Shown in pieces: positions 51,648 through 57,542 of a stretch of DNA of 64,000 nucleotides (positions are counted from its first letter, which is position 1; each line of letters begins with the position of its first letter). The notes under the pieces were generated by a model. The model was not told where the DNA came from. It ran no database searches and worked only from the letters and a program-made list of their open reading frames with translations. The stretch lies in the IMG/VR virus record IMGVR_UViG_3300003937_000325. The stretch is one strand, 5' to 3'. The DNA comes from a virus. Lineage: Duplodnaviria > Caudoviricetes. The position numbers and the translations under genes were made by a program.

Positions 51648-52040
51648 ATGAGTGATTGGAGTAGTAAATTTCACGTAGAGTCATCAATGCCGGCTAGAGA
51701 TGGTCAGTATGCGATGTTTGTAGGTAGATGGCAACCTTTACATAAAGGTCATCAAGAGTTATTTAAACAGGCAATGGATAAAGGTAAAAATGTTTTAATC
51801 TGTATTAGAGACGGAAAACCTAACGAAAAAAATCCATTTACCGCAACAGAAGTTAAAGAAAATATTATGAATCATTATTCTTCTGAAGTCGAATCAGGTA
51901 AAGTCGCAGTGACTATTATTCCCGATATTTGTTCAATTGAATTCGGTAGAGGAGTTGGTTATGATATAATTGAACACACACCCCCTTCTGAAATTGGAAA
52001 TATCTCAGCAACTAAGATTCGTAAAGAAATGGGTCTTTAA
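51648..52040 (+). CDS. Cytidylyltransferase-like (HxGH) nucleotidyltransferase
   Basis: FVGRWQPLHKGH, ICIRD, NPF, ISATKIR. Confidence 0.85.
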   Translation: MSDWSSKFHVESSMPARDGQYAMFVGRWQPLHKGHQELFKQAMDKGKNVLICIRDGKPNEKNPFTATEVKENIMNHYSSEVESGKVAVTIIPDICSIEFGRGVGYDIIEHTPPSEIGNISATKIRKEMGL

Positions 52041-52118
52041 AGTCAAAAATCAATTTATTACGACTCATTTTTTAATTTAAATGGGTCGTTTTTAACTAAT
52101 TAATGAACCAAAAAAAAT

Positions 52119-52718
52119 ATGAAATTTAATAAGAAAGAATTGTTTTATTATTGTAATAATGAATTACGTTATAAAAAGTTAAATAAGATAAAAATACTAA
52201 TTCCTTCATTAATCCTATTAATCATATTTTTATCCATATTGTTAATACCCATTAATAAATCTTTAAGTCGTGATATTACAAATACTGATGATTTTGAATC
52301 TAATATCTCGGTAATTAATATTAACGATACTTTAAATGATTTCTCGGAAGATAAACTAATAGAAATGTTAGTTTCTTTAAACGTTAAGTTCCCACATATA
52401 GTGTTGGCACAATCTAAGCTTGAGACAGGTAATTACTCTTCTAAAATATTTAAGGAAAACCATAACCTTTTTGGTATGAAAGAGGCTAGAGTTAGAATAC
52501 ATACATCTAAGGGTACTCAATTTAATCATGCGTATTATAGTCACTGGAGAGAATCGGTTTATGACTACGCCTTCTACCAATGTCGTTATTTATCTACATT
52601 ACATACTGAAGATGAATATTACACTTACTTATCAAAGTCATACGCCGAGGCAACAAATTACGTAAACATATTAAAATCTATGGTTATAAAAGAAAAATTA
52701 AAAGATAAGTTTTTTTAA
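52119..52718 (+). CDS. Membrane-anchored glucosaminidase (GH73-like) domain protein
   Basis: Hydrophobic segment at residues about 25-45; IVLAQSKLETG...NLFGMK...Y.HWRESVYDY. Confidence 0.85.
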   Translation: MKFNKKELFYYCNNELRYKKLNKIKILIPSLILLIIFLSILLIPINKSLSRDITNTDDFESNISVININDTLNDFSEDKLIEMLVSLNVKFPHIVLAQSKLETGNYSSKIFKENHNLFGMKEARVRIHTSKGTQFNHAYYSHWRESVYDYAFYQCRYLSTLHTEDEYYTYLSKSYAEATNYVNILKSMVIKEKLKDKFF

Positions 52719-52755
52719 TCGAAATATTATGTTTATATTAGCCAAAAGAAATAAA

Positions 52756-53451
52756 ATGAAAATCACATTCATATCTGACACACACACAAAACATCATCAG
52801 GTAACGTCACAGTTGCCAGGTGGTGATTTGTTGGTCCATGCCGGTGACTTTTCTTCACGAGGTTATGAACATGAGGTGGATGGATTTTTTGATTGGTTCA
52901 ATAAGTTGGATAACTACACCAATAAGATTGTCATCGCTGGTAACCACGACCTTATGTTTGAGGACAACCCAATGTTAGCTAAAGACATCATGAGTTACTA
53001 TCCTAACGTTACTTACCTTCAGGACAACATTGAAGTTATCGGTGAGGATTACCAATCTTCGGTAAAAGTTTATGGCTCTCCGTGGCAACCTGAATTTTAT
53101 AATTGGGCATTTAACCTACCACGCAACGGTGAGGAGTTAAAGGAGAAGTGGAATGAGATTCCACATAACATGGACATCGTGGTCACTCACGGACCCGCAT
53201 ATGGTTATTTAGATACCGTTGTGGGGCAATATATAAACCTGGGGTGTCAGTTGTTGACTGAACGGTTAAAGGTCGTTAAACCGAAGATACACGTGTGTGG
53301 ACACATCCACAGTGGGTATGGTTATAAGTTTGATAATGGTACACACTACATCAACGCATCAGTCTTAGGTGAAGATTACATTTTTAAAAATAAACCCTTA
53401 ACTGTGGAGTGGGACCCAAATACAAATAAAATTGAATTTTTAGATTATTAA
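52756..53451 (+). CDS. Calcineurin-like metallophosphoesterase
   Basis: ISDTH, HAGD, IAGNHD, VTHGP, VCGHIH motifs; ATG at 52756. Confidence 0.92.
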   Translation: MKITFISDTHTKHHQVTSQLPGGDLLVHAGDFSSRGYEHEVDGFFDWFNKLDNYTNKIVIAGNHDLMFEDNPMLAKDIMSYYPNVTYLQDNIEVIGEDYQSSVKVYGSPWQPEFYNWAFNLPRNGEELKEKWNEIPHNMDIVVTHGPAYGYLDTVVGQYINLGCQLLTERLKVVKPKIHVCGHIHSGYGYKFDNGTHYINASVLGEDYIFKNKPLTVEWDPNTNKIEFLDY

Positions 53452-53456
53452 TTAAA

Positions 53457-54068
53457 ATGAAATACAAATTAGAAGTTTACGGATGGTCAATGGAGGCGAT
53501 GGGACATTCATTAAATGACCAACAATTAGAGGATGTAGATATCCTTATGAAAGACAATAACTGTGATGAACTATGGCAGATTAGGTCTGAGTTAGAAGAC
53601 GTTGTTGACGATATGTGGGGTCCCGATTTATTTCATATGAATGCACCCTTTTATAACGGTAGTACGTTCTTTAGAGTTGTAGATGAAAATGAAAAAGTAA
53701 TTTTAGAATTTGATGAGAAAGATTTGGGTGACTTATATGAAAATGTTGAAGATGTTGATGATTTATACCCCTATGAATCCCATTTCGCATCACCTAATTA
53801 CCGTAACGATGGTGTTAAACATATTATGTTAGTTGTTGATGAAAATAAAGGTGGATTTTGTGAAATGTTATTTGAATCTGACGAGGAACTTAAACCTGAA
53901 GATTTTTCTGTAATGGGAGGCGGTATTGATACACCTTTAGGTGAATGGGATTTTATCTCACGTATTTTCTTTAAAGATACCCTACTTGAGATTGACGATT
54001 GGTTAGATAATCGAGGTAAAGCGGCAACATTAGAGATTTATGCTGAAGATGGGAGAATCATACATTAA
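53457..54068 (+). CDS. Acidic hypothetical protein (203 aa)
   Basis: Clean ATG ORF in operon. Confidence 0.7.
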   Translation: MKYKLEVYGWSMEAMGHSLNDQQLEDVDILMKDNNCDELWQIRSELEDVVDDMWGPDLFHMNAPFYNGSTFFRVVDENEKVILEFDEKDLGDLYENVEDVDDLYPYESHFASPNYRNDGVKHIMLVVDENKGGFCEMLFESDEELKPEDFSVMGGGIDTPLGEWDFISRIFFKDTLLEIDDWLDNRGKAATLEIYAEDGRIIH

Positions 54069-54190
54069 TGAAACTAACTAAAATTAAATTAAATAATCAG
54101 AATCGTATGTTACGTATTGGTTTTGGTTTAAATAAAGGAAATAAATTCTTTAGAATTGATTTATGGTGGATAGGTTACAGATTATCCTAA
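54068..54190 (+). CDS. Small hypothetical protein (40 aa), not in the ORF track
   Basis: MKLTKIKLNNQNRMLRIGFGLNKGNKFFRIDLWWIGYRLS; ATG overlaps the upstream TAA. Confidence 0.55.
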   Translation: MKLTKIKLNNQNRMLRIGFGLNKGNKFFRIDLWWIGYRLS

Positions 54191-54197
54191 AATAAAA

Positions 54198-54228
54198 TTT
54201 GACAATTGAAATAACTTAACTATATTTG
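54198..54228 (+). promoter_or_regulatory. Bacteroidetes housekeeping-sigma promoter of the tRNA array
   Basis: TTTG (54198-54201), 19-nt spacer, TATATTTG (54221-54228): canonical TTTG-N19-21-TAnnTTTG. Confidence 0.75.
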
Positions 54229-54261
54229 TAGAGTACAAACAAGTACAAAACTATTTTAAAA

Positions 54262-54333
54262 ATGAATAAACGAAACACACATAATATAATATTAAGAAAC
54301 TTATCAAGGATAAGAATCTTTAGTGTTATGTGA
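54262..54333 (+). CDS. Putative attenuator leader peptide (23 aa)
   Basis: MNKRNTHNIILRNLSRIRIFSVM, A-rich leader, tandem TGA TAG stops; lies between promoter and terminator. Confidence 0.55.
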   Translation: MNKRNTHNIILRNLSRIRIFSVM

Positions 54334-54387
54334 TAGTTCGGTAAAACATAATGTAAAAAATAGACTTAAAGCTATGAAAAAGAAGAA

Positions 54388-54419
54388 GCCCGAACAGAGA
54401 TGTTCGGGTTTTTTGTTTT
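54388..54419 (+). terminator. Intrinsic terminator / attenuator upstream of the tRNA array
   Basis: GCCCGAACA-gaga-TGTTCGGGT 9-bp stem followed by TTTTTGTTTT; 5' arm also complementary to GTTCGG at 54336-54341. Confidence 0.75.
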
Positions 54420-54430
54420 ATATTAGCAGT

Positions 54431-54442
54431 GTTCTTTGACAT
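54431..54442 (+). promoter_or_regulatory. boxA-like antitermination element
   Basis: GTTCTTTGACAT, identical to the copy at 55634-55645 and similar to 28298-28309. Confidence 0.6.
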
Positions 54443-54479
54443 CAAGATTAAGTAACGACACAGTATTCGGTAAAATACT

Positions 54480-54552
54480 GACCTCTTAGCTCAGCTGGTA
54501 GAGCATCACACTTTTAATGTGAGGGTCCAGGGTTCGAACCCCTGAGGGGTCA
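54480..54552 (+). tRNA. tRNA-Lys (TTT)
   Basis: GACCTCT/AGGGGTC acceptor, TCACA-CTTTTAA-TGTGA anticodon arm, GGTTCGAACC T-arm; no encoded CCA. Confidence 0.93.
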
Positions 54553-54612
54553 CTATCGCCAATACTAAATCGAGTTTTGCACCTCTACATAAAATATGGG
54601 TGTTTTCAACAT

Positions 54613-54686
54613 GGGGATGTAGCTCAGTTGGTTAGAGCAGGACTCTTATATGGTCAAGGTCGTAGGTTCAATTCCTACCGTCCCTA
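54613..54686 (+). tRNA. tRNA-Ile (TAT)
   Basis: GGGGATG/CGTCCCT acceptor, anticodon loop CTTATAT, GGTTCAATTCC T-arm; no encoded CCA. Confidence 0.88.
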
Positions 54687-54762
54687 CAATTAAATTAATT
54701 TAATAAAATAGTTGTTACTTAATCATTTGTACCGTACATTTACAGTATTGAAAGATATAGAT

Positions 54763-54848
54763 GCCGAAGTGGTGGAATTGGTAGACACGAGGGACTTAAA
54801 ATCCCTTGGACAGTAATGTCCGTGACGGTTCGAGCCCGTCCTTCGGTA
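54763..54848 (+). tRNA. tRNA-Leu (TAA)
   Basis: GCCGAAG/CTTCGGT acceptor, AGGGA-CTTAAAA-TCCCT arm, long variable arm GGACA-gtaa-TGTCC. Confidence 0.95.
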
Positions 54849-54851
54849 CAC

Positions 54852-54910
54852 AGATAGGGAGTTATCCAATACGCGTTGGAACTAGATAACTTTAAAATAG
54901 AACCCTATCT
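54852..54910 (+). ncRNA. Structured spacer element 1 (unknown)
   Basis: AGATAGGG/CCCTATCT and AGTTATC/GATAACT nested stems. Confidence 0.4.
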
Positions 54911-54935
54911 TTTACATGTACCCAACATACAATTT

Positions 54936-55024
54936 AAGAGAGGTAGTGAAGCTACAATGATATAGAAAAAGGTAAGGGTTAACCTCTATATCGTAGTAAC
55001 CCCGAAAGACCCGAAACCTCTCTT
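54936..55024 (+). ncRNA. Structured spacer element 2 (unknown)
   Basis: AAGAGAGGT/ACCTCTCTT, GCTAC/GTAGT and GATATAGA/TCTATATC nested stems. Confidence 0.45.
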
Positions 55025-55030
55025 TTACAT

Positions 55031-55104
55031 GCACCCATAGCTCAGCTGGATAGAGCATCTGCCTTCTAAGCAGACGGTCTCAGGTTCGAATCCTGATGGG
55101 TGTA
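55031..55104 (+). tRNA. tRNA-Arg (TCT)
   Basis: GCACCCA/TGGGTGT acceptor, TCTGC-CTTCTAA-GCAGA arm, GGTTCGAATCC T-arm. Confidence 0.95.
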
Positions 55105-55112
55105 CTAAATAC

Positions 55113-55228
55113 GGGGAGTTAGTCAAAGTGGTACGACGCTCCAACCTTAAGACAGAAAGCATCATACTAGTTACTCGATGTGATTAAGTTGGTTAGTAGA
55201 GGTAGGGGTTCGAATCCCCTACTCCCCC
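55113..55228 (+). ncRNA. tRNA-like RNA (116 nt) with an expanded anticodon region
   Basis: Perfect GGGGAGT/ACTCCCC acceptor, GTC/GAC D-stem with GG, AGGGG-TTCGAAT-CCCCT T-arm; about 40 extra nt in the anticodon/variable region. Confidence 0.65.
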
Positions 55229-55231
55229 GCT

Positions 55232-55303
55232 CTTAGATAGGTTTAACAACCGAACAACGAGGCGTCAAATCTCACGCCTACAAGTCGAAAGACGGAGTCT
55301 AAG
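55232..55303 (+). ncRNA. Four-way-junction structured element (unknown)
   Basis: CTTAGAT/GTCTAAG closing stem with three hairpins: GGTT/AACC, AGGCGT/ACGCCT, GTC-GAAA-GAC. Confidence 0.45.
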
Positions 55304-55314
55304 TGGAGTAATTA

Positions 55315-55552
55315 TACCGAATGGTGGAATTGGAAGACACGAGTCACTGTTAATGACTAATGTATCACACATGATGAGAAATGGGGTAACATCCATAGTG
55401 AAAAGAAGGAGGATGAATTGCCCCTAGATTAATCATCTACTCAAGAATAGGTAAGAGTTTGTAGTACCTTAAAGATTTATTCCTAACCAATATTGTTTAT
55501 ACTCTATTGGGACATCCGTGACAGTTGTAGTTGGATAAAATAGACTGTTAAC
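55315..55552 (+). ncRNA. tRNA-Leu-derived RNA with GTT anticodon loop and large variable-arm insertion
   Basis: 5' part nearly identical to tRNA-Leu (CCGAA.TGGTGGAATTGG.AGACACGAG); AGTCA-CTGTTAA-TGACT arm; TCCGTGACAGTT near 55515 mirrors TCCGTGACGGTT of tRNA-Leu; no intact T-loop or 3' acceptor strand. Confidence 0.55.
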
Positions 55553-55626
55553 GGACTTTTAGCTCAGTTGGTTAGAGCACCGCACTCATAATGCGTAGGT
55601 CGATGGTTCGAGTCCATCAAGGTCCA
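55553..55626 (+). tRNA. tRNA with CAT anticodon (elongator Met or lysidine-type Ile2)
   Basis: GGACTTT/AAGGTCC acceptor, CGCA-CTCATAA-TGCG arm, GGTTCGAGTCC T-arm; G1:C72 rules out initiator; Met vs Ile2 not resolvable by eye. Confidence 0.9.
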
Positions 55627-55671
55627 CTAGTGAGTTCTTTGACATAAAAATTAAATTAAAAAATAGAAATT

Positions 55672-56007
55672 ATGGAAATAACATCATTTATTTTAGGTGT
55701 ATGTACAGTCATTGTATTAGTAATGGTTGTGGGTACGTTTGTGAACTATATGACAACAAAGTCCTTAAAAGAGGAAATAAACCGACTGAATCGAGAAAAC
55801 GAAAATCAGTATAACGAATCTGAAAAGATTAAAAAAGAACTAATAGATTATGTGGATAGTCTACATAATATTAGTGAAAATAACATGAACGAAGTCTACC
55901 GTCATATTGACAGTAGAGTAGATAAAACTGTAAATGGTATGAGCGAACACGTTGCAGAAATTTATAGACAAATAGATAGTAACAAAAAATCCGTTGTTAA
56001 CGGATAA
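55672..56007 (+). CDS. Membrane-anchored coiled-coil protein (111 aa)
   Basis: N-terminal TM helix then heptad-rich tail; flanked by a 12-bp inverted repeat. Confidence 0.7.
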   Translation: MEITSFILGVCTVIVLVMVVGTFVNYMTTKSLKEEINRLNRENENQYNESEKIKKELIDYVDSLHNISENNMNEVYRHIDSRVDKTVNGMSEHVAEIYRQIDSNKKSVVNG

Positions 56008-56136
56008 TAAATAAAACGTTAAAGAACTCACTTTTTAACTATGCACGAAAAAACCATCATTAGGTAACTTTTTTACACTTAATGTTGGTTTTTTCATGCA
56101 TTTACCATATATTTGTACTCTAATAAAAAAACACTT

Positions 56137-56352
56137 ATGGGTAATATACTTAGTAAAATTGCAGACATGGAAGAAGATGGTACACTACCAAAATTTAACC
56201 CTAACTATTATGTTGACGTTTTAAACTTAGCCAGAACGAAAGGACTAAGATTAGAGGTTATGTATACAGCTATGGATATTGTTAGAGAGCAACCTAATTT
56301 AACTAATGAGGTCGCCATTATTCAATCGGCTAAAAAATGGAATTTAGTATAA
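56137..56352 (+). CDS. Hypothetical protein (71 aa)
   Basis: ATG at 56137 downstream of TATATTTG (56108-56115). Confidence 0.6.
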   Translation: MGNILSKIADMEEDGTLPKFNPNYYVDVLNLARTKGLRLEVMYTAMDIVREQPNLTNEVAIIQSAKKWNLV

Positions 56353-56355
56353 AAA

Positions 56356-56429
56356 GCTTCCTTAGCTCAGTTGGCTAGAGCAGCTGATTTGTAATCAGCA
56401 GGTCGTGGGTTCGAGTCCCTCAGGAAGCT
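56356..56429 (+). tRNA. tRNA-Thr (TGT)
   Basis: GCTTCCT/AGGAAGC acceptor, GCTGA-TTTGTAA-TCAGC arm, GGTTCGAGTCC T-arm. Confidence 0.93.
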
Positions 56430-56444
56430 CAAAATTTATTTATT

Positions 56445-56744
56445 ATGAGTCTTAAAAAAATACAAGAGGAATATAGAGAAACACCAAACAAGGAGTTAGT
56501 TAGTGCTGTGTTCGATAATTTTATATTTGGTCTACTTGGGGCAATCTTAGTTGTCTTTATCGCAGAAAGAGTGGATATATTAGTACTTTTAGGGTATATG
56601 ATTTACTACTTTTTCTTAGGGAGAGTTGTTAATAGACCTAAATACGTAACAAGTTTAGGTAAATTTATTATATTTCCTGTACCAACCGCAATAGGGGCGT
56701 TTGTAGGATATAAATTGGCTTATTATTTAACACTTTTATTTTAA
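56445..56744 (+). CDS. Small membrane protein with 3 predicted TM helices
   Basis: Three hydrophobic segments in 99 aa; holin function possible but unsupported. Confidence 0.65.
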   Translation: MSLKKIQEEYRETPNKELVSAVFDNFIFGLLGAILVVFIAERVDILVLLGYMIYYFFLGRVVNRPKYVTSLGKFIIFPVPTAIGAFVGYKLAYYLTLLF

Positions 56745-56748
56745 AATT

Positions 56749-56886
56749 ATGAAATTTTCAATATCAACTATAGTATCTCAAATTTATCTTATACCATATA
56801 TGAAAATAACTTACGATAGATTTCTAAATGGTGATTTAGAACTGTGTATAGGTTGGATTAATAAAGAAATAGTTATATCAATTTAA
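56749..56886 (+). CDS. Small hypothetical protein (45 aa), not in the ORF track
   Basis: MKFSISTIVSQIYLIPYMKITYDRFLNGDLELCIGWINKEIVISI, hand translated. Confidence 0.5.
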   Translation: MKFSISTIVSQIYLIPYMKITYDRFLNGDLELCIGWINKEIVISI

Positions 56887-56973
56887 AAAAAAATAATATT
56901 TTTAGTAAAACTTAAAGAAATATTACTTATATTTGTACCAACGAAATAATTAAACATTTAAAAAAATAAAAAC

Positions 56974-57153
56974 ATGGGTAAAGAAGAAACAATTGCACCT
57001 GAGGTGAAGTCAAAAGTAGAAGAGTACGCTTACAAGCACTACAAAATGTTCAAAAACAAAACACTTTTAATTAGTGAGAAAGAGAATTGTTTTCTCGTGT
57101 CTTCACACAAAGACGGCTCACCATTAGTGTTAGGTAAATCAATTTTAAATTAA
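56974..57153 (+). CDS. Small hypothetical protein (59 aa), not in the ORF track
   Basis: MGKEETIAPEVKSKVEEYAYKHY...; follows a TATATTTG element and A-rich leader. Confidence 0.6.
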   Translation: MGKEETIAPEVKSKVEEYAYKHYKMFKNKTLLISEKENCFLVSSHKDGSPLVLGKSILN

Positions 57154-57162
57154 ATAATTAAT

Positions 57163-57450
57163 ATGGCTTATAAAAATCAAAAAGGTGAGAACCTTTATCT
57201 ATTTGGTTGGTTGGAAGCTCCCGCAGGAACTGTGGGTACTAAAGACTTCCGACCAACCACAGGAGGGAATAGTGAATGGGCAATGACCAAACGTGAGGCA
57301 ATCGCTAAAGTTAATCGACAACAAAAAGAGTCTCAAAAAAAGTATCCAACTCATGTTCGTTTACGTGTGGACCCTAATACTGTTAGGAGAGCAAAGACTT
57401 ATGAACAGTTCGCATCTTTTGATAGAGGTCTAATTATGATGACCATTTAA
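57163..57450 (+). CDS. Hypothetical protein (95 aa)
   Basis: Clean ATG ORF; YLFGW...GGNSEWA pattern. Confidence 0.65.
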   Translation: MAYKNQKGENLYLFGWLEAPAGTVGTKDFRPTTGGNSEWAMTKREAIAKVNRQQKESQKKYPTHVRLRVDPNTVRRAKTYEQFASFDRGLIMMTI

Positions 57451-57542
57451 CGTTTTTTGGGAACCAATAATGTGATTATAAGAAGGTAAGTTTTGTATTT
57501 ATAGTGTTAAACTAAACAATTCAAAACTTATCTCTCTTAATA

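Noticed and set aside
54568-54596. Additional tRNA between Lys and Ile (GCACCTC...TGGGTGT resembles the Arg acceptor stem)
   Set aside because: Only a short hairpin; no D, anticodon or T arms.
54553-54910. HDV-like theta ribozymes at tRNA 3' ends
   Set aside because: Downstream stems are nested hairpins; I could not build the double-pseudoknot by eye. An Infernal/RNArobo search would settle it.
54936-55024. Hammerhead ribozyme (CGAAAC followed by a stem pairing with GTA)
   Set aside because: The required CUGANGA core is missing upstream of any stem II candidate.
55113-55552. Group I intron inside the tRNA-like elements
   Set aside because: No recognisable P7/J8-7 core sequences; one insert is only about 35-40 nt and the other lies in the variable arm, not at a U:G splice site in the anticodon loop.
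56445-56744. Holin assignment
   Set aside because: Only evidence is three TM helices; not adjacent to the amidase, no family motif recognised.
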